From Candidatus Nanopelagicales bacterium (GTDB taxonomy: Bacteria > Actinomycetota > Actinomycetes > JAHEKZ01), in the NCBI GenBank assembly GCA_038316135.1, contig JBBQAL010000003.1, positions 926-64,925 on the forward strand: 64,000 nucleotides of DNA. The letters are read 5' to 3'. Position 1 is the stretch's first letter, and every line of letters starts with the position of its first letter. A model generated the notes under the pieces. It worked only from the letters and a program-made list of their open reading frames with translations. It had not been told where the DNA came from and made no database searches. Shown here in pieces: positions 29,358 to 40,511 of the stretch. The translations under genes were made by a program, and so were the position numbers.

Positions 29358-30475
29358 GGCCGACCTGCTGCCTGGATCACCATGTCAGCGAGTCGCTCGT
29401 CGGCGTCCCGGGCTCCCAGCGCCTCGGCAGCCTTGCTCATGCGCTCGAGACGATCGGTGTCGAGTGCAAGCTCGCCGACGAGTTGCTCAACGACCGTCGC
29501 AGAAAGGTCCTCATCACGCACAAGCAAGGCGGCACCGATGTCAACCAGGGGTTGGGCATTGACTGCCTGCTCGCCATTGCTGTGGGGGTAGGGGACAAAG
29601 ACCGCGGGGAGTCCAACCGCCGCGACTTCGGCGCAGGTCATGGCCCCAGATCGCCCGAGGACGACGTCGGCGGCGGCGTAGGCCAAGTCCATCCGCTCAA
29701 GGTAGGGCAGCACGACGTACGGAGGGTCCTCGTCGCGACAGTCCACCACAACAGTGTTGCTCGGGCCCGCTGCATGCAGAACCTGGATGCCTGCGCTCAG
29801 AAGGCCGCGAGCTGCGCCTTGCATGGCAGCGTTGATCGTCCTGGCCCCTTGCGAACCACCAAAAACCAAGACAGTCGCCCGTTCGGCATCGAGTCCGAAG
29901 GTGAGTCTTGCCTTGGAGCGGAGGGCCGTGCGGTCAAGGGCTGCGATGCTGCGTCGCAGTGGGATCCCGACGAGTTGGGCGTGCGGCAGCGAGTCAATGG
30001 TGGCGGGTACGCTCACCGCGACGTAGCGGGTCATGCGCGCGCCGATTCGGTTGGCGACTCCCGGTCGGGCGTTGGCCTCGTGAACGACGAATGGCACCCC
30101 AGCGCGGCGCGCAGCGAGGTAGGCAGGAAGGGCGACATAGCCGCCGAAGCCGACCACAACGTCTGGCCGGTCCTGCGCCAACACCGATGAGGCAGCCCGG
30201 CCGGCCGCCCAGAGACCGGCAGGTACTCCCGGCCATCGGAGCAGGTCACCCCGCGGCATGGTGACTTTGGGGATGAGCCGCAAGGGGATGCCGCGAGCCG
30301 GCAACAGAGTGGTCTCAAGTCCAGACTCAGTTCCCAGAGCTGTTACGACCGCATCGGGGTGACGGCGGAGCAGGGCGTCGGCCAGCGCCAGAGAAGGCAC
30401 GACGTGGCCTGCGGTCCCTCCACCAGCGAGCAGGATCCGGAGCGGCCGCAAGTCGGGCGCTGCTGCTGTGCTCAC
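29354..30475 (-). CDS. murG: Lipid II GlcNAc transferase MurG
   Basis: ILLAGGGTAGHVVP and GGSQGA motifs. Start set at GTG 30475, giving a GTGA overlap with the ftsW stop. ATG 30508 is an alternative. Confidence 0.92.
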   Translation of the reverse strand: MSTAAAPDLRPLRILLAGGGTAGHVVPSLALADALLRRHPDAVVTALGTESGLETTLLPARGIPLRLIPKVTMPRGDLLRWPGVPAGLWAAGRAASSVLAQDRPDVVVGFGGYVALPAYLAARRAGVPFVVHEANARPGVANRIGARMTRYVAVSVPATIDSLPHAQLVGIPLRRSIAALDRTALRSKARLTFGLDAERATVLVFGGSQGARTINAAMQGAARGLLSAGIQVLHAAGPSNTVVVDCRDEDPPYVVLPYLERMDLAYAAADVVLGRSGAMTCAEVAAVGLPAVFVPYPHSNGEQAVNAQPLVDIGAALLVRDEDLSATVVEQLVGELALDTDRLERMSKAAEALGARDADERLADMVIQAAGRP

Positions 30476-31710
30476 CGAGTCCGAACCCCAGGCAGACGCG
30501 GGCGCCACCTGGCCGCTTTCCGCTGACCCAGAGCCTGGCGGGCGCCGGGCAAGTTGCGAGCGAAGGCCAGCAGCATTCCGAGGGCGAACATGGTGGCCAG
30601 TAGAGCCGAACCGCCGTAAGACACGAGCGGCAGTGGCACCCCGGTGATCGGGAGCACGCTGAGAACACCGCCAATGTTGATCACCATCTGCACCCCGATC
30701 CAGACCACAATGCCGCCCGCAGCGAAGCGCACAAAGAGATCATCGGTGGCCAACGCGATTCGCAGGGCGCCCAGGATCATGGCACCGAAGAGCAGCAAGA
30801 CCGTCAGGGTGCCGACGAGGCCCAGTTCTTCGCCGATGATCGCGAAGATGAAGTCGGTGTGAGCTTCGGGGAGGGCTCCCCACTTCTCTCGGCTGGCACC
30901 GAGGCCAACGCCCCACCAACCACCCGAAGCCAGCGCAAACATGCTGTGCGCTGCCTGCCAGCCCGTTCCTTGGTAGTCGGCAAACGGATCCATGAACGAC
31001 TGCAACCGCGACAGGCGCGCACTTCGTTGAAAGGTCATGAACAAGATGAGGGCAAGGGCTGGTGCGCCGAGCCCAAGGAAGACACGGAGCGGCGCTCCAG
31101 CGATGAAGAGCATCCCGGCCACGATGGCCATCAAGATCAATGACGTTCCGAGGTCTCCCCCCAGGAGCACCAAACCGATGATGATTGCCGCCACCGGCAG
31201 GAAGGGGATCAGCACGTGCTTGTTCTGGTGCAGGAGCTTGCGTTTACGTGTCAGGAGATCGGCACTCCAGAGAACCAACGCGAACTTTGCCGCCTCGGCA
31301 GGCTGGATGCGAAATGAGCCGCCGATCTCGATCCAGTTCTGGTTGCCATTGACGCTGACGCCGATGCCCGGAACCAGGACCAGAACCAGGAGCACGATGG
31401 ACAGAACCAGGATGGGCAGCGCTAGTCGGCGGAACCAAATCGTGGGAAGGCGGCTCGCCACGACCAGTGCCGGAACGCCGATCACGACCCACATGGCTTG
31501 GCGTTGCGCGATCGCCCAAGAGTTACCGCTGGCCGCATACGACTCGACACTGGAGGCCGACAGCACCATGACCAGGCCGAGCGCAGTCAGCATGACCGTG
31601 CTGCCCAGGATGAGGTAGTACGGCGCCAAGGGCTTGGCCAGCGCCGATCGGAACGACATAACGATCCCCGACCTGGTGGTCGGGGACGCGGGAGGGGAAG
31701 TGACGGTCAT
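30472..31710 (-). CDS. ftsW: Peptidoglycan glycosyltransferase FtsW (SEDS family)
   Basis: SEDS pattern with 10 TM helices (IQPAEAAKFALVLW, TDFIFAIIGEELG). Start at ATG 31710, 10 nt after the murD stop. Confidence 0.92.
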   Translation of the reverse strand: MTVTSPPASPTTRSGIVMSFRSALAKPLAPYYLILGSTVMLTALGLVMVLSASSVESYAASGNSWAIAQRQAMWVVIGVPALVVASRLPTIWFRRLALPILVLSIVLLVLVLVPGIGVSVNGNQNWIEIGGSFRIQPAEAAKFALVLWSADLLTRKRKLLHQNKHVLIPFLPVAAIIIGLVLLGGDLGTSLILMAIVAGMLFIAGAPLRVFLGLGAPALALILFMTFQRSARLSRLQSFMDPFADYQGTGWQAAHSMFALASGGWWGVGLGASREKWGALPEAHTDFIFAIIGEELGLVGTLTVLLLFGAMILGALRIALATDDLFVRFAAGGIVVWIGVQMVINIGGVLSVLPITGVPLPLVSYGGSALLATMFALGMLLAFARNLPGARQALGQRKAARWRPRLPGVRTR

Positions 31711-31720
31711 GCCGATTCCG

Positions 31721-33175
31721 TCAGCGGCGGAGCCGGGCCACGGCAGCACCGAAGGCTCGTCCCCTGGCCTGGTAGTCCGAGAACTGGTCCATGGACGCAC
31801 ACGCAGGGGCGAGCAGCACGGTGTCGTGCGGCTGCGCAGCCAAGGCCGCGGCCCGAACAGCGTGATTCATGGGCTCAGTCTCCCCGTCCGGCACCTCGAT
31901 CACCGGGACCTCGGGGGCGTGTCGCGCCAATGCCTCGGCAATCAGCGCACGGTCGGCACCCAGGAGCACGACTGCTCGGAGCCTGGTTCGGTGTCGTGAG
32001 ATCAAGTCGTCGAAGGTGCCACCCTTGGCCAGTCCCCCGGCGATCCATACGACGTCGCCACCGGCTGCTGTGAGCGCGACATCGGCCGCCAGCACATTGG
32101 TTGCCTTCGAGTTGTCGATGAACCGCACGTTGCCAACCGTCGCGACGGTCTCGCCGCGGTGGGCGTCGATGGCAAATCCCAGAGCCCCGCTGCGCACGTC
32201 TGCAAGCGACACCCCGAACGATCTCGCCAACGCAGCCGCCGCCAAAACGTTCTGCACGTTGTGTGGCCCTTCCAGGGGGAGGGCACTTGCCTCGACGATC
32301 TCGAGCGCATGACTGGCCCGGTCGGCCCCGTAAGCCCGGTCGACCAAGACCCCGTCCACCACTCCCATCATCGCCCGGCCAGGGACCCCAAGGGTGAAGC
32401 CAACAGCACGACAGCCCTCGATGACATCGGCTTTCTCGGCCAACATCTCCGAGCGTGCATCGTCGTGGTTATACACGATGGTTCGCTCGGTGCTGGCGAA
32501 GACTCGGGCCTTGTCGGCCGTGTAAGCGTCGAATGAACCGTGCCAGTCGAGATGATCCTCTGCGATGTTGAGCAGGGCAGCCGAGTGTGCCGAAATCCTT
32601 GTGGTGAAGTGCAGCTGAGCGCTCGACAGCTCGACAGCCAGTACATCCGGCTGTGGCTCGGCGAAGACCGCTTCAACCACGGGAACACCGATATTGCCCA
32701 CCGCCAAGCTCTGGCGTCCGGCCGCCAACAGCATGCCGTTGAGCAGCTGCGTCGTGGTCGTCTTGCCATTCGTCCCAGTCACGGTGAGCCAGGGCACTGC
32801 GGGGACTCGGAGATTCCACGCCAGCTGCTCTCCGCTCCACACAGCGGCGCTCTGCGCCTGCGTGATCCATCGATGATGCGGAGGCAAGCCAGGCGACGGA
32901 ACAAGGAGGTCAGACTCGATGCCGGCGTCGCCGGTAACGGCGGTGCGGATCTGGGCGCCGAGCGTCTCCAGGATCTGCACGCGCTTGGCCAGCACGTCAG
33001 ATGACCTGGCCTCAGCCGCCTCAACGACCTCGACCCGCGCACCCACTCTCAGCAAGGCATCAGCTGCAGCGAACCCGCTCTTGCCCAGGCCGACGACACA
33101 GGCCCGAACCCCGGACCAGTCGGATGCCCGGCCGGCTGTCTGCAGCCACTCGACGACCGCCGACCTCTCTGTCAC
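31721..33175 (-). CDS. murD: UDP-N-acetylmuramoylalanine--D-glutamate ligase MurD
   Basis: VVGLGKSGFAAADAL and VTGTNGKTTTTQL motifs. Start at GTG 33175, giving a GTGA overlap with the mraY stop. The 5' 119 codons of the track ORF overlap mraY. Confidence 0.92.
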   Translation of the reverse strand: MTERSAVVEWLQTAGRASDWSGVRACVVGLGKSGFAAADALLRVGARVEVVEAAEARSSDVLAKRVQILETLGAQIRTAVTGDAGIESDLLVPSPGLPPHHRWITQAQSAAVWSGEQLAWNLRVPAVPWLTVTGTNGKTTTTQLLNGMLLAAGRQSLAVGNIGVPVVEAVFAEPQPDVLAVELSSAQLHFTTRISAHSAALLNIAEDHLDWHGSFDAYTADKARVFASTERTIVYNHDDARSEMLAEKADVIEGCRAVGFTLGVPGRAMMGVVDGVLVDRAYGADRASHALEIVEASALPLEGPHNVQNVLAAAALARSFGVSLADVRSGALGFAIDAHRGETVATVGNVRFIDNSKATNVLAADVALTAAGGDVVWIAGGLAKGGTFDDLISRHRTRLRAVVLLGADRALIAEALARHAPEVPVIEVPDGETEPMNHAVRAAALAAQPHDTVLLAPACASMDQFSDYQARGRAFGAAVARLRR

Positions 33176-34254
33176 CCGATGCCGCCCCCACCCAGCCACT
33201 CGGTGTAGAAGAGTACGAATCCGGCTCCGGTGAACAGACCCGAAATGATCCAGAACCTGGTGACGATCTGGACCTCTGGCCAGCCCTTGAGCTCGAAGTG
33301 GTGCTGCAACGGAGACATCAGAAAGACGCGTCGTCCTGTCGTCTTGAACGAGGCGACCTGGATGATGACCGATGCGGTGATGGCAACGAAAAGACCCGCC
33401 ATCACCGGCAGCAGCAGCTCGGTGCGGGTCGTGATGGCGATGCCGGCCATCGCTCCGCCCAGTGCGAGGGAGCCGGTGTCGCCCATGAAGATCTTGGCTG
33501 GTGAGGTGTTCCACCACAGGAAGCCGAAGCACGAGCCCATCACGCCGGCCGCGACGACAGCCATATCGAGAGGGTTACGAACTTCGTAGCAGTTCGGTAG
33601 CACAATGTCGGCGCAGCGCTGGTTGTACTGCCAGAGCCCAACGGTGACGTAGGCACCGAAGACCATCGATGCTGCTCCGGCTGCGAGGCCGTCGAGCCCA
33701 TCGGCGAGGTTCACCGCATTCGAGGTTGCCGCCACCATGAACCACACCCAGAGGAGGTAAACGCCGATGGGCAAGAAGATCGCCGTGTCTCGAACGAACG
33801 AGATGTACTGCGTTGCGGGCGTGAGCCCGTCGACGTTCGGGAACTGGAGGGCGATGAACGCGAAAATGACTGTGACGACGGCCTGTCCGATCAGTTTCGT
33901 CTTGACCCGCAGGCCGGTCGAGCGTCTGCGGAAAATCTTGATGTAGTCGTCGGCGAAGCCGACCGAAGCCAGCCCTACCATCAGAAAGAGTACGAGCAGC
34001 GCCGAGGCACTGGGGCCACTTCCGGCAACGAGATGAGCTGCCAGATAGCTCAGCACGGTGCCGGCGACAATGACCACACCACCCATCGATGGCGTGCCCT
34101 TCTTGCCAGCATGGTCGGGAACGGCGTATCCGAGCTCTTCGGCATCGCGAATCGACTGCGCGTAGCCCCGGGCGCGCAACCACTTCGCCCACAACGGCGT
34201 GACCACGAATCCGATCACCAGACTCACGATGACAGCAACCAGCACAAGCCTCAT
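33172..34254 (-). CDS. mraY: Phospho-N-acetylmuramoyl-pentapeptide transferase MraY
   Basis: KKGTPSMGG, NAVNLADGLDGLA, FMGDTGSLALGG and PLQHHFE motifs. Confidence 0.96.
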   Translation of the reverse strand: MRLVLVAVIVSLVIGFVVTPLWAKWLRARGYAQSIRDAEELGYAVPDHAGKKGTPSMGGVVIVAGTVLSYLAAHLVAGSGPSASALLVLFLMVGLASVGFADDYIKIFRRRSTGLRVKTKLIGQAVVTVIFAFIALQFPNVDGLTPATQYISFVRDTAIFLPIGVYLLWVWFMVAATSNAVNLADGLDGLAAGAASMVFGAYVTVGLWQYNQRCADIVLPNCYEVRNPLDMAVVAAGVMGSCFGFLWWNTSPAKIFMGDTGSLALGGAMAGIAITTRTELLLPVMAGLFVAITASVIIQVASFKTTGRRVFLMSPLQHHFELKGWPEVQIVTRFWIISGLFTGAGFVLFYTEWLGGGGIG

Positions 34255-35636
34255 GGGGCATCACCGCCAAGCAGCTCGTTGGCGACCATCTCGAGCCCGG
34301 CGGCCCGGCTGGCCTTCACCAGGACCACGTCTTCGGCACTCAGCTCGGCGTGCAAGATCGCCATGGCTCCCGCGACATCTGGAACGAACATGGACTCCCG
34401 TCCCCACGATCCCTCGAGCCCAGCAGCCAGATGCATAGGCCGGGCACCTTCTCCGACAACGATCAACCGTTGCACATCCAACCGGACAACGAGACGACCG
34501 ATGGCGTCGTGTTCGGCTGCGGAACTCTCACCCAGCTCCCTCATTTCACCGAGGACAGCCCAGCTGCGGCGATCCCCCGCGATTTGCTTCAGTGACTTCA
34601 GGGCTGCCCGGACGGCTTCCGGGCTGGCGTTGTACGCATCATTGATGACGATGAGGCCGTCCGAACGCTCGGTCACCTCCATCCGCCACTGGCTCCGCGG
34701 CCGGGCTGACGAGAGGGCCACGGCTATGGCATCGGTCGAAACGCCCAATGACCAGCCGACCGCAGCTGCGGCCAACGCGTTGGGAACGGCGTGACCGCCG
34801 ACGTACTGCAGTTCGACCGGTGCTGTGCCGTTGGGCGATCGGAGGGTGAACTTGGCTCGGTCCAGATGATCGAACGTCAGGTCGTCGGCTCGCACCTGAG
34901 CAGCATCACCCTGTCCGAACCAGGTCACCGCGGCCGATGTGGCAATCGCCATGTCACAGACGAGGGGGTCATCGGCGTTGAGCACTGCCGTGCCGCCAGG
35001 GACAAGTGCCCGGACAAGCTCGGCTTTGGCATCGGCGATCGCTGCCCGGCTGCCGAACTCGCTGAGGTGGGCGGAGCCAACGATCAGCTCAACTCCGACG
35101 TCAGGGGGCGCGATGGAGCACAGATACTCGATGTGCCCTCGACCGCGTGCGCCCATCTCGAGCACGAGGAAGCGTGTCTCCGAATCAGCAGAAAGGACAG
35201 TCAGCGGCAGCCCAAGCTCGTTGTTGAACGAACCGGGGGGCGAGATTGTCGTTCCTACAGACTCCAGAACGGACGCGATGAGGTCCTTGGCCGTGGTCTT
35301 CCCGACTGACCCCGTGATGCCGATCACGGTCGTCCCGGTGAGCCGGTCGACGTGGAACCTCGCCAACTTCCCCAGCGCCATCAGCACATCCGGCACAACA
35401 ATCGTTGGCGCAGCAGTCGGTCGCGAACCCAGCACGGCCACCGAGCCGGCCAGTGCCGCGGCTGCTGAGAAGTCGTGGCCATCCACCCGAGTTCCGGCAA
35501 GCGCCACAAAGAGGCTGCCAGGAACTACCTCCCGAGTATCCGAACACACGTGAACAACAACGGCTGCCGGGTCAGCCACGCCCGTCAGCTGCCCATCGAC
35601 GGCATGAGCGATCTCGCGGAGGCTGGTGGGGATCAT
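34251..35636 (-). CDS. murF: UDP-MurNAc-tripeptide--D-Ala-D-Ala ligase MurF
   Basis: GITGSVGKTTAKD and VINDAYNASP motifs. 4-nt overlaps at both ends. Confidence 0.93.
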   Translation of the reverse strand: MIPTSLREIAHAVDGQLTGVADPAAVVVHVCSDTREVVPGSLFVALAGTRVDGHDFSAAAALAGSVAVLGSRPTAAPTIVVPDVLMALGKLARFHVDRLTGTTVIGITGSVGKTTAKDLIASVLESVGTTISPPGSFNNELGLPLTVLSADSETRFLVLEMGARGRGHIEYLCSIAPPDVGVELIVGSAHLSEFGSRAAIADAKAELVRALVPGGTAVLNADDPLVCDMAIATSAAVTWFGQGDAAQVRADDLTFDHLDRAKFTLRSPNGTAPVELQYVGGHAVPNALAAAAVGWSLGVSTDAIAVALSSARPRSQWRMEVTERSDGLIVINDAYNASPEAVRAALKSLKQIAGDRRSWAVLGEMRELGESSAAEHDAIGRLVVRLDVQRLIVVGEGARPMHLAAGLEGSWGRESMFVPDVAGAMAILHAELSAEDVVLVKASRAAGLEMVANELLGGDAP

Positions 35637-37174
35637 GGCCGGCCACCCGGTGTCGCTTCGTGGACGCGACTCCAGGCTGCGAGTAGCTCGACGCGATCGT
35701 CGAACGGTGTCACCACCGCGCCGACCTCCTGTCCGCTCTCATGACCCTTGCCAGCGACCAAGATGACATCCCCCGGCCGCGCCCGGCGTATCGCCAACTC
35801 CAGCGCAGCCCCTCGGTCACCCACCTCGACCACGTCGGCACGCTGGTGCGAGGGGACCTGCGCAGTACCTGCCAGTACAGCCTTCCTGATGAGGCCGGGC
35901 GGCTCTGATCGAGGGTTGTCATCAGTTACCACGACTACTGCGGCCCTGGCAGCCGCGACAGCCCCCATGGGTTCACGTTTGCTCCGATCACGGTCACCCC
36001 CACAACCGAACACGACAATCACGTCTCCGCCGGTCTCTGGAGTCACTGCCTCGATCGCTCGGCCCAGCGCATCGGCGGTGTGCGCGTAGTCCACCACGAG
36101 CGCGACGTCTTCGGTCCCGACGCGTTCCATGCGGCCCGGAACCGCGCGGCACCCCGCCACTCCCCGGAACACGGCGTCACGCTCAACACCTGCAACCGCC
36201 AGCATCACCTGAGCCAACGCCGCATTGGCTATGTTGAAACGCCCTATGAGCTGAACGACTCCTGGACGCACCGACCCATCGGGAGCGATCAGCTTGTAGT
36301 CATAGCCGCCACCACGACGTTCCTTGATGTCCTCGATGGTCCAATCGGCTGTCGCGCCTGTACCGAGAGTGACCAACGGAGTGCGCGCGCTCTTCGCCAT
36401 ACGGCGCCCCCCGTCGTCTTCGATCGTGACGACTGCAGACTTACTCCGTTCAGATTGAAAGAGCATCTGCTTGGCAGCGAAATAGGCCTCCTCGCTGCCG
36501 TGGAAGTCAAGGTGGTCAACCCCAAGCTGAGTGAAGCCAGCGACGTCGAAGACGCAACCGTCAACCCGGCCCATCGCGAGGGCATGGCTTGAGACCTCCA
36601 TTGCCACAGCCGTGACCCCCCGTTCACGCATGACAGCGAGGAGGGCATGCAGCTCAGGAGCTTCTGGAGTCGTACGCACTGTCTGGAAGGCTTCGCCGTC
36701 AATCAACGTGGCCACGGTCCCCACCAGTCCCGTCCGATGCCCAGCGGCGCGGAGCCCGGACTCAAGGAGATACGTGGTGGTCGTTTTGCCATTGGTACCA
36801 GTCACTCCGAGCATGAGCAGGTCGTCAGCCGGGCGGCCGTAGATCTCGGCGGCCAGCTCGCCCGTCCTGCCCCGGAGACCATCGATCACCAAGCACGGCA
36901 GCAGCGGCCCGACGATCTCGACTCCGACTTCGTCCGTGGCCACAGCAACCGCCCCAGCGGCCTCCGCCTGGGCTGCGAATGTGGCACCGTGCACCCGCTC
37001 GCCCGAGAGCGCCACGAAGAGGTCACCTGGGCGAACATCGCGGGAGTCGAGTGTCACACCGGTGACGTCGATGTGCGCAACTGTCCCCGGATCGACACCC
37101 AAGGCACCGGACACGTCGCCAAGGGACCTCCAATGCGGAGTCGGCCGGGGTGCGCGTGGGGTGTTCGGTGGCAT
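35633..37174 (-). CDS. murE: UDP-MurNAc-L-Ala-D-Glu--2,6-diaminopimelate ligase MurE
   Basis: GVTGTNGKTTTTYL, VDYAHT and GCGGDRDRSKR motifs. Confidence 0.94.
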   Translation of the reverse strand: MPPNTPRAPRPTPHWRSLGDVSGALGVDPGTVAHIDVTGVTLDSRDVRPGDLFVALSGERVHGATFAAQAEAAGAVAVATDEVGVEIVGPLLPCLVIDGLRGRTGELAAEIYGRPADDLLMLGVTGTNGKTTTTYLLESGLRAAGHRTGLVGTVATLIDGEAFQTVRTTPEAPELHALLAVMRERGVTAVAMEVSSHALAMGRVDGCVFDVAGFTQLGVDHLDFHGSEEAYFAAKQMLFQSERSKSAVVTIEDDGGRRMAKSARTPLVTLGTGATADWTIEDIKERRGGGYDYKLIAPDGSVRPGVVQLIGRFNIANAALAQVMLAVAGVERDAVFRGVAGCRAVPGRMERVGTEDVALVVDYAHTADALGRAIEAVTPETGGDVIVVFGCGGDRDRSKREPMGAVAAARAAVVVVTDDNPRSEPPGLIRKAVLAGTAQVPSHQRADVVEVGDRGAALELAIRRARPGDVILVAGKGHESGQEVGAVVTPFDDRVELLAAWSRVHEATPGGRP

Positions 37175-37189
37175 GGCCCAGGACCGAAA

Positions 37190-38953
37190 TCAGGGTCGGT
37201 AGGTCAAACGCATCGAGGGTACGGAGGTTGCCGTCGGCGGTACCTGCTGAGTCTGCAGAGCAAATGATGTGACGCGTTTGAAGACAGGACCGCCGAGAAC
37301 TCCGCCGTAGTGGTCACCCTTGGGGTCCTGGAGCGTGACGGAGACGACGATGGCTGGCTTGTCAGCTGGTGCGAAGCCGATGAACGAGGCGGTGAACCCG
37401 CTGTAGCATCCACAACTCTCATCAACGCGCTCTGCAGTACCCGTCTTGCCGGCCACGCGATAGCCAGGAATCTGTGCCATGGGAGCCGTGCCTTCGTCGG
37501 AGACAACGGTCTCCATCATCTCGCGCAGGGTGGTCGCGGCCTCCGGGCTCACCACTCGATGGCGTTGGGGCGCCGGAGCCGGCGTGAACGATCCATCCGG
37601 TGCCGAAGTGCCAGCAACGACCGTGGGTTCAACACGAACCCCGTCGTTGGCGATGGTCGCGAACACTGACGTCGCCTGGACCGCGTTGAGCGACAGCCCC
37701 TGCCCAAAGGCGATCGTGGCAGCGTTGGTCGGACCCCAGTCGTTCACGTTGGGAAGGATGCCCGCACTTTCTCCTGGGAAGTCCAAACCGCTCGTGGAAC
37801 CCATTCCGAACCTGCGGAGGTAGGTGTAAAGCGCTTGATCCCCGAGCCGCTCGGCGATGAGGATCATCCCGATGTTGCTCGACTGCGCAAGCACACCGGT
37901 GGCAGTGAGGTGCAACGTGCCGTGCGGCGAGTGGTCATGGAAGCTGTCGCCGCCCCGGTACAAGATCGGCGGCACCTCCACCTTGGTGTTGGGGGTCACC
38001 GCACCCGCGTCCAGGGCGGCGGCCATCGTCATCACCTTGCTGGTGCTTCCGGGCTCGTAGATCTCAGTTACAGCTCTATTGCCACGGTCAGCTTCTGGCG
38101 CCGACTCCGGGCTGCTGGGGTTCACCGATGGGTAGGTGGCCAGAGCAAGTACCTCGCCGGTCCTGGGGTCCATGGCGACGACCGTGCCGCTGTCGGAGGC
38201 AGACTCCTTCACCTTCGCGCGGATGGCTCGCTCGGCAATGAACTGAATATCGCGGTCAATAGTCAACTGCACGTCAGCACCCGGGACGGATTCCTCATTC
38301 ACTGAGTCGGCGCTCGGAATCTGGCGGCCACCAGCCGCTGACTCGTAGGTGAGCTGCCCATCCTTACCAGCGAGTTCGGAGTCCAGGCTGTACTCCAGGC
38401 CCTCGAGTCCATGACCATCGCTCCCGACGAACCCGAGCACCGCAGCAGCCAGCGACCCCTGCGGATAAACCCGCTTGGCCGTTGGTTCGCTATAGATCCC
38501 GGGTAGGCGCAAGGCGGCAATCGCGTCCCACTTCTTGGGGGTCACTTCTTTTGCGACATACGCGAAGCGAAGGTCTCCGTCGATTCGGTTGTAGATCGCC
38601 TTGATGGGCTCACCGAGAACGGGCGCCAGCGCGGCCGCGACGGCCACCGGGTCGGCAATCTGGGTTTGGTCTGCTGTGACGTTCACGGCGTCGACGGTCG
38701 TCGCCAAGGCAACACCGTTGGCGTCGGTGATCGTTCCGCGGGTCGCCGGGATCGTGACCGTGCGGAGCCGCTCAGCCTCGGCTGTGGCCGCATACGCGGC
38801 GGCCTCAACGCCCTGGAGTTGCAGCAGCCGTCCGGCAAACAGCGACATGACCATCGCGACGAGAATGCCGACCGTCACCAGGCGACGACGCGGGTCTCCG
38901 GCCTTTCGCGGACGGGAGGGAGCCCGGCGGGTGGAGCGGCGTGCCTGCGTCAC
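37190..38953 (-). CDS. ftsI: Division-specific class B penicillin-binding protein (FtsI/PbpB)
   Basis: N-terminal TM helix, then SxxK (PGSTSK), SxN (SSN) and KTG (AGKTGT) motifs. Confidence 0.92.
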   Translation of the reverse strand: MTQARRSTRRAPSRPRKAGDPRRRLVTVGILVAMVMSLFAGRLLQLQGVEAAAYAATAEAERLRTVTIPATRGTITDANGVALATTVDAVNVTADQTQIADPVAVAAALAPVLGEPIKAIYNRIDGDLRFAYVAKEVTPKKWDAIAALRLPGIYSEPTAKRVYPQGSLAAAVLGFVGSDGHGLEGLEYSLDSELAGKDGQLTYESAAGGRQIPSADSVNEESVPGADVQLTIDRDIQFIAERAIRAKVKESASDSGTVVAMDPRTGEVLALATYPSVNPSSPESAPEADRGNRAVTEIYEPGSTSKVMTMAAALDAGAVTPNTKVEVPPILYRGGDSFHDHSPHGTLHLTATGVLAQSSNIGMILIAERLGDQALYTYLRRFGMGSTSGLDFPGESAGILPNVNDWGPTNAATIAFGQGLSLNAVQATSVFATIANDGVRVEPTVVAGTSAPDGSFTPAPAPQRHRVVSPEAATTLREMMETVVSDEGTAPMAQIPGYRVAGKTGTAERVDESCGCYSGFTASFIGFAPADKPAIVVSVTLQDPKGDHYGGVLGGPVFKRVTSFALQTQQVPPTATSVPSMRLTYRP

Positions 38954-39555
38954 CGATTCGCCCCTCCGTTGCCCTTGTCGTTGGATCCGCCCTGTTGGGT
39001 CTGCTGAGCCTGCTGGTTCTGCTGAGCCTGTTGATCCTGCGCCGGCTGTTGCCGGATGACCTCTCCAGCGCCAGAGTCAGTTGAAGTTGTCCCCGAATCG
39101 GGGCCGGTGCTGGTGTTGGGCTCGGCCTCCGATCCAACCACGGGTAGTGGAGTGGGGGCTGGGACCGGCGCGCCGAGAACCTTGCCGTCTTCAGTCCGAA
39201 GGAAGGCTGGGTTCACCGACGCGACCATCCCCAACTCGCTCGCGCTCCGCGCAAGTCGCTTGGGTGAGGCCAACTGGGCCGCTCTCTGCTGCAGCGCCTG
39301 CTCCTGGTCGGCGAGGCCGGCCACCTTCGCATCGAGTTCGTGAAGCGTGAAGGAACCCTGGGCCAGCAGCGTGTTGAGCAGGAGAAGAGCGCCAAGCCCA
39401 AGTGAAAGCAGCACCAGCACAAGGACGACGAAGGGGGCTCTCGCCGGCCGCGCCGCTGGTGTCCGGACGACGCGAACGGGGGGCTTGCTGGCAGGACGCT
39501 TTGCCGGAGCGGCGCCTGGCCGGCCCTGTGGCCGGGGTGCCGTGACGGTGCTCAT
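38950..39555 (-). CDS. ftsL: FtsL-like division protein with Gln-rich C-terminal tail
   Basis: Basic N-terminus, a single TM helix ([19 protein letters not shown]), a coiled coil, and conserved position in the dcw cluster. Confidence 0.7.
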   Translation of the reverse strand: MSTVTAPRPQGRPGAAPAKRPASKPPVRVVRTPAARPARAPFVVLVLVLLSLGLGALLLLNTLLAQGSFTLHELDAKVAGLADQEQALQQRAAQLASPKRLARSASELGMVASVNPAFLRTEDGKVLGAPVPAPTPLPVVGSEAEPNTSTGPDSGTTSTDSGAGEVIRQQPAQDQQAQQNQQAQQTQQGGSNDKGNGGANR

Positions 39556-40511
39556 GCTGCCTCCCGCAACCGCTCAGCTGCCCGCACGCGGGCTGATGCA
39601 GCTCTGGGGTTTTCCGACACCTCGTGAGCGGTCGGTCGCTCGGCGCCGCGAGTCAGCAACGCCAACTCTGGACCACGCCCAGGGACCGGCAGATCGACGG
39701 GTACGTCGTCGACGAGATGGTCGGCCAGGGTCCGCTTGGCAATTCGATCCTCCAGGGACTGGTATGACATCACGACGATTCGGCCATGGACCGCGAGCGC
39801 GTCGATCGCGGCTGGAAGCGCGCGGCGGAGCGCACCGAGCTCATCGTTGACCTCGATGCGTAAAGCCTGGAAGGTCCGCTTCGCCGGATGACCTCCCGTC
39901 CGCTGCGCGGGTGCAGGGACTGCCTCACGAATCGCGTCGACAAGTTCGGTACTGGTCAAGACCGGACGCCGTCCGACGATTGTCCGAGCGATCCGCGTTG
40001 CGAACCGCTCCTCGCCGTACTCCCTAAGGACGCGGGCCAGCTCCTGGACGCTGTACTCGTTCACGACGTCGGCGGCGGTTAGTCCTGCTGTCGGGTCCAT
40101 GCGCATGTCGAGGGGCGCGTCATAGGAGTAGGCAAAGCCCCGCTCGCGCTCGTCTAGCTGCATGGACGAGACCCCGAGGTCGAGCAGCACACCCTGTACG
40201 CGCGGGGGGCCGGCCAAGCCGAGATCGGCCAGTACCTGCGGGATTTCGTCGTAAACGGCATGAACCAACGTGGTGCGCCCGGCGACGTCGGCCAGCCGGT
40301 CACCGGCGATTGAAAGAGCGCCGGGGTCACGGTCGATACCCACCAGCTGCGCCTCGGGGCAGGTGCGCAACAACGCCCCGCTGTGACCGCCGAGCCCGAC
40401 GGTGGCATCGACCAGGATCGAACCCGGCTGCTGCAAGGCTGGCGCAAGCAGGGCAACAACCCGGTCACACATCACCGGGGCGTGGGTGGGCTCGGTCATG
40501 CCGAGACCCAT
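39552..40511 (-). CDS. rsmH: 16S rRNA (cytosine1402-N4)-methyltransferase RsmH/MraW
   Basis: [26 protein letters not shown] and SYQSLEDR motifs. The start may instead be the second ATG at 40499. Confidence 0.94.
   Translation of the reverse strand: MGLGMTEPTHAPVMCDRVVALLAPALQQPGSILVDATVGLGGHSGALLRTCPEAQLVGIDRDPGALSIAGDRLADVAGRTTLVHAVYDEIPQVLADLGLAGPPRVQGVLLDLGVSSMQLDERERGFAYSYDAPLDMRMDPTAGLTAADVVNEYSVQELARVLREYGEERFATRIARTIVGRRPVLTSTELVDAIREAVPAPAQRTGGHPAKRTFQALRIEVNDELGALRRALPAAIDALAVHGRIVVMSYQSLEDRIAKRTLADHLVDDVPVDLPVPGRGPELALLTRGAERPTAHEVSENPRAASARVRAAERLREAA

Noticed and set aside
31711-33532. N-terminal extensions of ftsW (to 31800) and murD (to 33532); likewise metF (to 60510), idsA (from 60089), the AKR (to 13689) and the decarboxylase (to 57865)
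   Set aside because: The extensions overlap upstream genes or divergent promoters and are compositionally non-protein-like. Internal starts give canonical N-termini and the usual 4-nt couplings.
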